Of a stretch of 64,000 nt of DNA, positions 46,186 through 58,366 are shown piece by piece. How positions within the stretch are numbered: position 1 is the first letter of the stretch; every line of letters begins with the position of its first letter. Position numbers and translations under genes: made by a program. Source of the stretch: Utricularia gibba (lineage: Eukaryota > Plantae > Magnoliophyta); assembly GCA_002189035.1 (NCBI GenBank), contig CM007989.1:3038001-3102000 (forward strand), read 5' to 3'. Below the pieces are notes generated by a model, which worked only from the letters and a program-made list of their open reading frames with translations, was not told the DNA's origin and did not search any database.

Positions 46186-47150
46186 TTGAATCTTGTGTTT
46201 GAGGCTTCGCATTTTAACATTTTTATAAGAACGAAAGAGATTGGTGTTGCGGCTGAGGGGACTTCACCGATGGTGGTTGCAGAAACCGGGGTGGGGAGAG
46301 GTATTGCTGATGAACTTACTTCAGGTGATTTAGATCTGGACAAGCAAAAAGCATGGAACGAAAATAAATCTGATGCAACTCCACCCAGTTTGAAGCGATG
46401 TTCGTGGATTAAGCTAACAAGTATTAATAATGTCCTCCCAAATGCTCATTATTCAGGTTCTTGACAGGAATGCTGATGCGCTTCTCATCAGGTGAATGAT
46501 TTGACGAAAATAGTTCAGCGGATCACTCCAAGATCTCCAACAAATGGTGAACCCCTAAAGGAGCAACCTTCACATCATGCTTCTGATCAAGATCCTCGGT
46601 TTCTTTCCGAGCAAAAGTTCCGAATCTATGGTCTTCAACCAGGGCCAAGGCCTACCCTTCCGCCAAACTATAATTTTGGGACCAGGGAATCTGATGAGCT
46701 TACTTGTGAACGAAAGCCACTCATAAGCCTGTTCACAAATATTCTTCATTTGCTGGTTCATCAGTTCAGCCCGGCCCCTTCCTCCCAACTGAAACCACAT
46801 ACCGACTTTATGGCTCTCAAGATCCAAGAGACTCGCCAAATCCCATTAGACCTCCTCGGATCAATTCCCTTTACCTGGACAGCGAAGCCAACTTGGTAAT
46901 AAACCAGTATCTTTCAATGCCTACCGCAGCAAATCTAGTTCGAATACAGCCACCTTATCCTCCTCCTCCTCCTCCTCCGATCAGTGATTCGAACCAGCTC
47001 AGGGCCACTCATCTGCACAGCAGCTACCCCAGTAGAGCTGCCGCCGCCCCTCCTGCTCAAGGAGCTGTGTTGCATTCTTTCATGGATCCCCATGCTACTC
47101 AGAGGTACTCCTTACTAGGGCCTTTCCTATCTCCGTACCATGTAACTTAA
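46186..47150 (+). pseudogene. Degenerate ORF-like relic of unknown origin (possibly TE-derived)
   Basis: ORFs 46186-46464 and 46492-46899 share a frame and are separated by two stops; a Pro-rich ORF with (CCT)n follows at 46893-47150. No recognisable domain. Confidence 0.25.
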
Positions 47151-47364
47151 TCTTCTTGTAAGTGCATTTTTTGATACCCAATAATCTGAATTCGTCTCTG
47201 TAGAGAGAAAATCCAAATCTATCCTCCCCTGGTTTGGTTTTGATGGAGGCCTGGTTCAGGAGACAATTTTGTATAATTTAATGCAGCAATACGATGACGG
47301 GGATGACGATAACGAATTAGTAAATGCATTTGTCGTAACCGACACGAGTGGGCCCTTCCCCGTC

Positions 47365-47449
47365 TTCTAGAAGGTAGAACTTTAGTAGACGTCCAAAGTG
47401 GAACGCAATACCTTCAAACAAAACCACGCTGCATCGAGACCTTCTAGAA
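47365..47449. promoter_or_regulatory. Two heat-shock-element-like cores upstream of the small acidic protein
   Basis: TTCTAGAA at 47365-47372 and 47442-47449, each with only an imperfect third pentamer. Confidence 0.3.
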
Positions 47450-47818
47450 GCTTAAAACAACCTGCCACAAAAGAGGCTACAAACAAATTTGCAAAATATC
47501 CATTAAAATCATTTTATTTTGGAATAATAATTCATCTCACTGCTCACTAAAACTAAAATAATTATTATATTTATTAAAAAATAATATACAATTTCTTAAA
47601 TAGGAGAAAACATTTATTTTTGTAACCAATTTTTTTTCAGTAAATATTATTTTATTTTACTAGATAAAATTTATTTTATTCTTCATACCGATTCCCGTTA
47701 AAAGCAGTCTATCTATAAAAGACGAGAAAGGGTTCTGAATGGCGTGACTTTCATGTATAACGTGAGAAGAGAGTTTGGATTTTCTTTCTCGGCGGTTTTT
47801 CTTTGCAGCGATCCGGTT

Positions 47819-48172
47819 ATGGCGATGGAGGAAATTAGGGCGCCGCGGATCGATGTATCCGAGCACATGCTAATCGAAGCCAGCGGCGATTCGGAGTCGC
47901 AGTGTTCCGACTACGACGGCTATGCTTCTCCGGGGGAGGACGATGCGCAGTCGTGTAGCTACGAAGATGGCGATTGTGCCGCGGCGGATGAGATGATTGA
48001 CGGCGTATGCGGCGATGAAGCAGACGAGGAGACGTGGGATTGCGATGAGTGCCAGTGCGGCGAGGAAGAGGACGGCGTCGTGGAGCAGTTCTCCCTTCGG
48101 CGCTGCGAGGAAGGGATGATGAGCGCGGAGGAGAAAGATAAGCTATTTTGGGAGGCGTGTCTGGCGTCTTGA
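47819..48172 (+). CDS. Small acidic uncharacterised plant protein (117 aa), intronless
   Basis: GC-rich ORF with LIEASGDSE, DDAQSCS and C-terminal EKDKLFWEACLAS*, motifs I recall from an uncharacterised angiosperm family. Confidence 0.8.
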   Translation: MAMEEIRAPRIDVSEHMLIEASGDSESQCSDYDGYASPGEDDAQSCSYEDGDCAAADEMIDGVCGDEADEETWDCDECQCGEEEDGVVEQFSLRRCEEGMMSAEEKDKLFWEACLAS

Positions 48173-49272
48173 AGTTTCCATAACCGGAACGAATAAAATG
48201 TCGGCCACGCGCCGCCATCCGTGTCCGACGCGCCGTGTCGACCGACCCCTGCAGGAACATATGTCGGACGCTCCTTTTTCCTTGTTTGAAAAACAAAGGC
48301 TGCTATCAAATCTTGAATTGATGATTTGATGGTTATAGGTATCAATTATGTTGGCGATTTTGTCCCATAACCAAGCATTTACGAGACCAAATTTGGTACC
48401 ATATTACAGCATTTATTCAAAATTTAATATTAAAACGCATCATTTAATGACCTGTGCAATTATTATTTGAGAGAGTTATTTGGATAGGCAAAGGAATATT
48501 AAAACGCATCATTGAATCAGTGAGTTTATGCTTTTGTATTATTCTGAAAATGGAGAGGAAAAGTAAAAGAATTATGTTTCGAATTTGTTAAAGTTTAAAA
48601 GAAACAAATGTCATCATATTTTTTTCATACAAACTAAATATCTATTTCTAAAGAAATATTTCAAAACTTATTAAATATGAACGATTTTAATTTTCAAAAA
48701 AATCAAAAAATCAAAATTGATTCTAATATTTAGAAAGCTATAGAATCAAAACTTATTAAAAATCAACTTTAAATTCTCTAATTTTTTTAAACATAAACTT
48801 AATATTCTAATTTCTACTTTATCAATTCTCAAAAAATGATTATTATAAAGTAGAACAAACATAACTTAAAATGACAATTGAGATAAAATTGTATAGGATC
48901 TATGAGGAGGTTAGTTACATTACATAAACCCACCTTTATAGATTTTTTCCCCATCAAATCCCAGCATTCGGTAATATAAAAACAAAATGCACCCTTTATG
49001 TCACATGCACAATTATTTGATACTTATGAAAAAGGTGGACTACTTTTCAAATATTGATTTTTTAAGACTACTCTTCCTGCCAAAAAATCATGACATGTTA
49101 GGTGTTGGATCCTCAATATAATCACATGTGGATAAGATTAATCATTAGTATGTTCAAACAAGGTTTTAAAAAACATACCATTCAGCAAAATCATTGAACT
49201 CATAAAAAAAGAAATGTTTCTATCTGGATTAGAAGTTGTCTGCAAAAGACAGTAGCATAATTGGGGTTAAAT

Positions 49273-52200
49273 CTAGCACAAAAACTGACACAAAAGGTTG
49301 CTGGTCTTCCACAGAACTCTCATCAGCCCAAGTTTCTTCTCAGTTTCATCGAATGTTTCACCGGTGGGTTCCAGAGGATGTGGCACCTTCTTGTGCCGAT
49401 CGGTTCTGAGTTCGGTGATGTCCACCACACACATGCCGCACTGCTCCAAGTTCCTTACACCATACCAGTCTCCCTGCACCTGATGCACCTTCCCTATGCC
49501 CACATCTTTGTTGTCATCTATAAGCATCACGCACTGATCTCGTACGGGGTACCTGAGCTCCAGGGTCGGAGTTGTGAAGTGCGGATCTTTGTTTTCGTTG
49601 AAAATGACTATGCTTGAAGAAGACGCAATGCCGGCATCGTTGTAGAGAGCCTTCTTGGCTGAGTCCAAGCGTGCAGGAACCCCCTTGTCCAGAATGTCTC
49701 CTTCATATGATGCACGAACATCCTTGGCTGCACGGGCGAGCTTGGCTTTTCTGTTGTTGAGCCTAGGTATCATGATCATGAGTATACTGATATATGATGA
49801 AGAAGAAAATTCGACATGGGATTCACAAGAAAGCACTCACCAATTTTTGAGTCTTGAGGTTGTGACTTCCGCGCCCTGGAAAATATAAGTACAGTAAAGA
49901 AACAGGCAATGTAATAGTAGTGGTGTTTGAGTGGAAGGCTTTGTATTGGATACTCACATGGAGGCTTAGTTTTTCAGCCCATAACCTTAACAAGGTAGAC
50001 TTGCGGTGCATATCAGGCTCGAAGGCAAGAGCATTTTCAATCAGTGAGATTTGTGTATCATTCATGACAGCCCGCTTACGCTTCCGTTGCTGCTTATCAT
50101 CTGAAAGCAAAGCATCGGATTTTTCGTCATCCAATGTCTCTTCAAACCCACTTCCCTTGCTATGCTCACCATCCATCTGATGATTTGAGTTATTCCCTCT
50201 CCTTGGACTGGAATCTGACCCACTGGTTTCAACTGTTCGTGCATCTCTGTCAATCTCACTCACATTAGCAGATGCTACATCGGATTTCCCTTGCTCCGTC
50301 CTTCCCAGGCTTGTTTCCCCACTGGACTGATAATTCCCATCCCGGCTGACATCTGCTGGAGAAGCATCCTGTAAACTAGCGTCCTCCATCTTTACATCGT
50401 TATTGCTCTGTCCTGGTGGCATTTCCCCATGTAAAGTAGGCTGCACATCCGAAACTGAAGTGTCCTACATGAGCCAAAAACAAAGCAGGGCTTGATAATT
50501 AAAAAACAATCGGCTTACTGGAAGATTAGTAGCGTGGGTCGCTTACTGGTTTGATTTGAAGATCTTCAGATGTCACAGAAACAATCCGTGACTCAAACTG
50601 ACTGACAAAATTCCTGCACAGGGTGATGATTTAAAACAGATGAGGAAAATCATAGCAAAAAGAAACTCGTAACAACAGAAACAGAGTATGTCAAGAATCA
50701 ATTCCTTCGGAAAATAAGAAAAGCAAACACAGAACTCAAGGTTTCAGGTTACCTAAGAAGCTGCATATCTTCCTCGTTCAAGAATCTAGGAACTAAAGAC
50801 TCTGCATGACTTAACAGCAATCCTGCGCGAAATAGGTTAATGAGAACATCTAACGCATGCATACGAAAGTAAATATAGCAGACAAGTAGGATGGGTTACG
50901 TATATTCTTGCTAACAGTTATCTTTTCAGCCTCGTGAGTATTTAATGGCCATCCAAAAGGCTCCCTGTCTTTATTTTGTATAAAACGAACAAACTTGTTG
51001 AGGAAGAGATCCTTCTCGTCTGAGATGAGGGGAAGGCATTATGTCAGCGTTCCAAGCATGGTGGCAGAATTTTGATAATAGAAGCAAGATATCACTGTAC
51101 CTTGACAGACATCTGGAACAAAACAGTGAAGGTTTGCAATCACTTTGATCAATAAAGATGTCCTCAGGTGGGCATAGGATCCCGGAGGTACACTGCAGGA
51201 ACAGAAATAAAAACAAAACAGAGACAAGATTATTTCAAAATCAGATAAACTCAAGTGAACTGAAAAATGAATTACATACTCTAAATTTGCATCATCTTCA
51301 TGGAGTGGAATATCAGAAGAACACCAATTAGAAAGGAAATCTCCATGCGGAAATAGGAAAATTGCTGCTAAAGTTTCTGTCTGCACAAAAAAGTGAAAAT
51401 TAGGCCGAACTGATGTAATCTCTTAGCGAAATAACCCTGGAGACAATGTGAAAAACAATACTTGCTTTTGGACATCCAGAACTCCACATTGTATATGAGA
51501 GAAATTTCTCAAGAATACACGTTATCTAACATCTCTGTTTCACATCACAAAAAACTTCAAATAGCACATTGTACAATATTGTCAGTGGCTCAATACTAGT
51601 GATTCAATTGGGAAAATACGAACCCATCCACTTTTAAAAGCATGTGTTTCAAAAAGAAGAGGCATGAATAGCAGTTATTGAATCTGGCGAAAAACTCTTT
51701 TTTGAGTATCCAGAACAAATAGCCGGGTACTTTACAAATTCACACAGAATACCAATCAGCAGCGTGACTACTTTAAAAACAAGGATGTAGGCAATACAAA
51801 CCACAGAGTTCATATTCAACATGTTAATATAAACTTACAAAGTTGACAGTTATGAACGAGCGAAAGTTTGAGTCATCAGAGAAAACATCAGCTAGCCGCA
51901 AAGCATTAATTTCAAGTTGCCCATGCGGGTAGGCATTCCCAGATGAAGCATCGCATTTCTTAGCTACTCCAAATGTGATCCTTAGTAAGTTAAGAACCTA
52001 AAAAAAACAAAAAATAGTAAAGATCCTAAAGCATCATAACAGCACTTTACAGATTTGGTAAAAAAGAGAGATGATTGGACAGGTGACAAACCCAAGTGCC
52101 ATAAGAATTAGTATGTAGGAAAAATGGCAATAGATAATGATAGCCGATGATTGCAACTGATTAAGGCAGCGGATCAATAAATCATTTACCAGAAAAAGAT

Positions 52201-54896
52201 GAATGGAAATTATACCACATCAACTTAATATACTCGCAGCTTATAAACACAATACATTTTTTCTTATCATAACAGCTAAAAGACAAGAGTAAACCATGTT
52301 AGGCATATAATCAGATCCATGCCAAGTGGTTAAAGTATCTGACATAATCTTGCAGGTGAAACCAAAACCTGAACAGCAATCAACTCTGCCAGCTTCTGAC
52401 AGTCAGGGTTTCCAGCTACCTCATCCAGGTAGGAAACGCTCTCAGCTTCACAGAGGTGCAAAAGCTGAAAAGATAGAACTCTCAATGTTTAAAAGTGCAT
52501 GATAAAGCCAATCTACGTCAACAGCATCCGATGGGGCTAGAAAACTCACTATAGATAGAGCTTTGGACTTAAGCCAAGATATGGAAGCCATACATGAAGA
52601 TGCCATACTTTGGGAAGGTGGTATTTTTAATTTCATTACCGCATCAACAAGTATCAGAGCACCTCCATTGTGGCACAGCTCCTAGAGTTACCCATTTAAA
52701 GAGGCAAACAGTCAGCAAAAAAGTAACTCAACCTTCACGTAGAAAATGGTAAAAGAGATCTAAAGACCACGTTATTCAACCAATGAACCATCTAAGTGTT
52801 CAAAATAAGTCTTCATGTGATATTTCACAAGGTGAAAACCCAATAAGAGAAAAAATAAATGCTTATGGTTTCAGCTCATAGGAAGTTATAAAACAAACGA
52901 CCTTATTTTCAACTATACAGTCTCTGAACAACTTTTGCTGGAATAAGGACTGGAGGAAAAGCAATGACGAATCACATTGCTGGAAAAGATGATTCTGAGT
53001 TTCTTCTGCAGTAGGTGAACTACTTGCAGAGGACTCAGGAAGTTCAGTTGACAGCTTGGTTTGAAGAAATGCAACATCTGTACATACAGAAGACAGAGCA
53101 GCATCCACAAACACATTCACCTGCCAAAGACTTGACGCTTTTCAGAGAAGAATCGTTGGAATAAGACAACAAAAAAAATAAAAGATGAATCCAACTGTTC
53201 CCACATTAGCCTACCTTCGAATATGCAATCAAAACTTGAGCAACCTCTTGATATTGAGGAGATATTATTACAGTAAGCAATTTCAAGCTGCAAGCAACCA
53301 AAGCTGAATGCAGAAGAACCATATCATTGCGAGTTTGGTCATTCTCCTAGAAGGTAAGAAGCCATTGAAACTTTCAGAAGCAAAATTTGATTTCTGTTAA
53401 AAAGCAGCAATGAAAAGGGAATAAACCTGTCCATATTCACCAAGGAGCACTAACAAATAAATGACCAAGTCTATGAGCTGTTCTGATACCCTTACATCAT
53501 CAAGCAATATCTGTGAAAAAACTGAAATTAGCAATATGATACGGAGCTTCACATCGAATTACCAAATTAAAGAACCCAAGGCGACACCTACTATTAAAAA
53601 AAGAAACAGAAAACCAGAAATTAGTTGTATATGCAAATGGAAGCATTAGTTTGAATGACAACCACCTCAGCGTTTATAAGCAAATGCAACTGTCTCATAA
53701 AGCAACCAAAAATTTTACATGCACATTTTTTAAACATGAAAGGCCCTTGGTTATACAAAAATGTATTGGAATCTCATGCCGGACAGAACCTCAATCAAAC
53801 CGTCATGGCATCTAATATCTCCATATATCTAGCATTAATACAAGTCTAGGAAGCCACACAAAAATAAGCAATATGAACCACTTGGATTGGCATCTATCTG
53901 CCTTCGTTTCAACTTGCACTATGGCATTAGAACTGAAAATATCACTCAACATAACTGAAAATAACCTGTTCAATCTTGGGCATTCGAGCAGCAAGATCAC
54001 ACATGGAATGTAACAGAAGAATTCCACATAATAAGTACTTGAATGTGGACTTATCCCTTTCCCAAGCCATAATCACGGCAATAAGGTGGAGTGGAAGATA
54101 TCTAGCAAACATCTCCAAGTCAACCTGTATTGTTTATCTGATTTGATTATGCTTATCAAACACCAAACAGAAATTTTGAATGTAATATACTCCACAAAAA
54201 AAAAAAAAAAACCTGTACGATTGACCCATCTTCAGCAATGTGCCGGATGATATTGTTACCAGAGTCCCTGATTAATTTGTTAAGCTGCATTGGACTGAGC
54301 TCATGCAACCCTTTCACAGCGGCAATCAAATCAACAGCCTTAACAGAAAATTAAATGTCATTTAGGGCCATAAAGTGTTTGGTAGCAAATCCTAAGTATA
54401 CCTCAAGATGGCAGAAAAAAAAAACTTCAAGTTCTTAACCTTGTTCCAAATCAACTTCACAACACAATTTCAACTCCAGAGGGAAACATAATGCTTCACT
54501 TAGAAGAAACAAACTCACGCATGCATAATCACATAACCGCATTAGCATTCTTGGATTTGTCTCCTGCCCCCAGTAACGTGCATATTGATATAGATAATGA
54601 AAAAAAAAACTCTTCAATCGAATTTTAATTCTCTTCAGCATATTCCATAATCTCAATTACTAAGCATGCGACACAAACTATCAGATACAAGAAACACCGT
54701 ATGCCAGTTCAAAAATCCACCAAAAGAGAAACTTTCTGCACAAATTCCTTCATGCAAAAAGAGCTGATGCAGATAAAAAAAATGAAAACCCTCAGGCCCA
54801 ATCAACTCTCTGCACTAAACTCACCAAGTCAGCACGGTTCCCAAACAAATTACCAACAACTTCAGTGCTAGTGGATGCTTCATTTGCTTCCCGCAT
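49273..54896 (-). CDS. NDX: Nodulin homeobox protein (atypical homeodomain, ssDNA-binding), multi-exon
   Basis: LPLHLIAV, LHLCEAESVSYLDEVA, DVFSDDSNFRSF, RTSLLIKVIANLHCFVPDVC and homeodomain RKRKRAVMNDTQISLIENAL...GAEVTTSRLKNWLNNRKAKLAR. The first-exon junction is uncertain. Confidence 0.93.
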
Positions 54897-55499
54897 TCTT
54901 CAAATCTACGCGAATGCGCAGCAATCATCGAAAGAAATAAACGACAAGCAAGCAAGCACATATAGAGAAACGAACCCGTAAGCAAGCAAAGTTCTATTTC
55001 TCAGGTTAGCGCAAAGAGCTCGGTAGTCTTGTTCTACTTCCTTGCTGCTCTGTGATCTCCCTACATGAAACAAAATATCGAGGGCGTCACTCAAAGGGAT
55101 ATGAAGCAGTTGGAAACAGCAGGAAAAGCCCTTTTACGAGACGATAAACCGAGAAAAACAGGAAGCAACTCACCACCTCCAGGATCAAGCCGAAACCTGA
55201 AATGCGCGATTTCTACGTGCCAAAGAATGAAAAAAATCTACCGCTCATTCATTCACTCCCATGGCACCAACATCCCGATTTTCCCATTTCTGCCCTCGTC
55301 CATTTTTCTTTTCTTTTTTTTTTTAAAGGGTAATATTTTTAATACCCCTAAAAAATAAAAAAAAAGTAATAAATCAAATCACAAATTATTTTCAAGAATG
55401 TATTCATCGTTGTAATTTCTTGGTTGGTAGGGCGGGTTTTCTGCGCATTCCCTCCGACCTTTTCTCTCGCTTCTCCTTGAAGCTCAACTGTTCGACGAA

Positions 55500-56009
55500 A
55501 TGTCTCTACCGGAAAACACACGCACTCCGTTGGTCAAGGCTACAGCATACAAGCCGACTACAACCATAGCCAACTCAGATGAAATCGAAGCACTGTTACA
55601 GCCTCTAAAAGACATAGTACCCGCAGCCGAGAACAACGTGAACGTCAAATTCATACTACTCGAGAAAGGGAGAATCACAGTGGAACAGCAGCACAAGACG
55701 TGCCTTGTTCTCGCGGCGGACGAAACAGCGGCGGTCCACTTCCAGCTCTGGGGGGACGAGTGTGATGCCTTCCAGCCCGGCGACATCGTGTTACTGAGAA
55801 ACGGTATATTTTCTTACCTTAGGAACAATCTTGTGCTGAGAGCCGGCAAGAAGGGGAGTGTGAAGAAATTAGGTGAATTCACGATGAATTTTGTGGAAAC
55901 GCCGAATCTGAGCGAGATGAAATGGGCACCAGATCCTTCTAATCCAAAGAGATACGTTGCGCAGGCTGTGATTTCTTCACATTCACGCATTTTTCCACCA
56001 ATGCACTGA
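55500..56009 (+). CDS. SOSS complex subunit B / NABP homologue (OB-fold ssDNA-binding protein), intronless
   Basis: PLKDIVPAAENNVNVKFILLEKG...AADETAAVHFQLWGDECDAFQPGDIVLLRNGIFSY...LRAGKKG...GEFTMNFVETPNLSE. Confidence 0.9.
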   Translation: MSLPENTRTPLVKATAYKPTTTIANSDEIEALLQPLKDIVPAAENNVNVKFILLEKGRITVEQQHKTCLVLAADETAAVHFQLWGDECDAFQPGDIVLLRNGIFSYLRNNLVLRAGKKGSVKKLGEFTMNFVETPNLSEMKWAPDPSNPKRYVAQAVISSHSRIFPPMH

Positions 56010-56203
56010 TCTTGTTCTCTCTTGAACTGTTTCTGAATTTCAGAAGTGAAGATGGTGCGACGTCACTGAAAGTGCCACGGGAAGTGGAGATCACGTGACA
56101 CGCACCCCGAACATGCCACCGGAGTTCTAGAATGTTTTTTTTTTTTTTCGAGAAAAAGAACAAAAAATTGGAAAATCCTCAGTTCCTCTGTTCCCATCCA
56201 TCC

Positions 56204-57089
56204 ATGGCTTTCCTATCAATCCCCTTCTCCACAAGACTTCCCTCGTCTTCTTCCTATTTCCAATCCACTGATTCCTCCCCATTTCTCCGTTACAAGCCCC
56301 ACAATTTCACTCCACGAAGAACCCCAGGGCTAGCTGTTTCCTCCCTTCAATCCCCGATTACCGGTGTCCCCGACGCGGAACTCGTTTCCTCCCTCAAACT
56401 CAAGCTACTCTCCGCTGTTTCCGGGCTTAATCGAGGCCTCGCCGCAACCGTGGAGGACCTGCAATATGCCGATTCCGCAGCCAAAGACCTCGAAGCCGCC
56501 GCCGGCCCCGTTGATCTGTCAGTAGATCTGGATAAGTTGCAGGGGAGGTGGAAATTGATATACAGTAGCGCGTTTTCGTCTCGTACTCTTGGAGGCTCCC
56601 GGCCAGGGCCTCCTACGGGGAGACTTATCCCGTTAACTCTCGGCCGAGTATTTCAACGAATTGACATCTTGAGTAAAGACTTCGACAACATTGTTGAGAT
56701 CGAGATCGGAGCTCCGTGGCCTCTACAACCTGTTGAACTGACAGCAGCTCTGGCGCACAAATTTGAAGTAACTGGTTAGTGATTCTGATGAGTTTTTTTT
56801 TTTTTTTTTTCCCGGACCCCGGGGTTGCGTTTCGAGTCTGATCCATGTATTGGGATGAACAGGGAGCTCAGGAATCAAGATCAAATTTGAGAAGACGACG
56901 GTGAAATCGGTTAGCGGGAACTTCTCTCAGTTGCCGCCGCTGGAACTGCCCCGTTTCCCGGAATGGCTTAGGCCGCCGAGCTCTAATCCGGCGACCGGCA
57001 GTGGTGAGTTTGAAGTTACGTTTATGGATTCGGATACTAGAATTACACGAGGGGATCGAGGCGAGCTCAGAGTTTTTGTGATTTCTTGA
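56204..57089 (+). CDS. FBN4: Plastid fibrillin 4 / harpin-binding protein, copy A (intron 56775-56862)
   Basis: Transit peptide, then KLLSAVSGLNRGL, LQGRWKLIYSSAFSSRTLGGSRPGPPTGRL and TRITRGDRGELRVFVIS*. Confidence 0.94.
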
Positions 57090-57338
57090 GTGAAGCCTTC
57101 TTCGTTCATTCATTCACACTTCAGACATAATCACAACAACACTGATACTTATTACCATCCGCATTCCTTTTGATCCCTTCTTACTCCCCATTCATAACTA
57201 ATGACATCATTTACAAAGATGATGTTTTTCAAGTGTTTTCAGAAGGTCATTCACCTTACCCTATATAATTCTAATTTTTTTTAACAAGAAAAGCAGCAAG
57301 ATCGCAGGATTCTGACCCAGCTCGGCTCCCACCCATCC

Positions 57339-58175
57339 ATGGCTTCCCTATCAGTTCCCTTTCCCACTAAGCTTCACTCATCTCCTCACTTCCGATCTGC
57401 TGATTCCTCCCCGTCTCTCCGTTGCAAACCCTACGGTTTCGCTCCCAGAAGAACCCTAAGACAAGCTGTTTCCTCCCCTCAATCCTCCATCGCCAATCTC
57501 CCCAATGCCGATCTCGTTTCCTCCCTTAAACTCAAATTACTCACCGCTGTTTCCGGACTTGATCGAGGCCTCGCCGCAACCGCGGAGGACCTGCAAAACG
57601 CCGATTCCGCCGCCAGAGACCTCGAAGCCGCTGCCGGCCCCGTTGATCTTTCGGTCGATCTGGATAAGTTGCAGGGGAGGTGGAAACTGATTTACAGCAG
57701 CGCCTTTTCGTCTCGTACTATCACAGCTCCGTTGACTCTCGGCCGGGTGTTTCAACGAATCGATGTATCGAGCAAGGACTACGACAACATTGTTGAGATC
57801 GAAATCGGGGCTCCATGGCCTCTGCAGCCAGTTGAACTGACAGAAGTTCTAGCACACAAATTCGAAGTAATTGGTTAGTGATTCCGATGAGTTTTGTCTG
57901 CTCAGGGTATGCATTCTTCAGTAAGATTCTACGCATCGCCATGAACAGGGAGCTCGAGAATCAACATCAGATTCCAGAAGACGACGCTGAAAACGGTTAG
58001 CGGGAACTTACCTCAGTTGCCGCCTCTGGAACTGCCGCGCTTCCCGGAATGGCTCTGGCCGCCGAGCTCTGAAGCGCCGACTGGGAGTGGCGAGTATGAA
58101 GTTACGTTTATAGATTCAGATACTCGGATCACCCGAGGGGATGGAGGCGCGCTCAGAGTTTTCGTTATTGCTTGA
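57339..58175 (+). CDS. FBN4: Plastid fibrillin 4, tandem copy B, with an internal in-frame deletion (intron 57874-57948)
   Basis: Same exon structure as copy A and an intact frame; SSRT-ITA-PLTLG replaces SSRT-LGGSRPGPPTGRLI-PLTLG; ends RITRGDGGALRVFVIA*. Confidence 0.9.
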
Positions 58176-58366
58176 CTGTTGTAGCCTCCCTCTTTCATTC
58201 AAAGCACAGGGAGCAGGCTAAGCTAGCAAACTGACGATGATCGTGTCCTGTGATATTGCACAATTCACACAAGTTGTAATCTTGGGAACATTGCCAGGGC
58301 GAAGGAGATCCACATTTGGTTCCGTCGTACCGGGCCACGAAACACTGTACACTTGGTAAGGCCGTA

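Noticed and set aside
48400-49250. AT-rich spacer with a 19-bp direct repeat (AATATTAAAACGCATCATT) as a possible MITE
   Set aside because: No terminal inverted repeats or TSD found.
55431-55441. GGGCGGGTTTT as an E2F site upstream of SOSS-B
   Set aside because: Does not fit TTTSSCGS on either strand.
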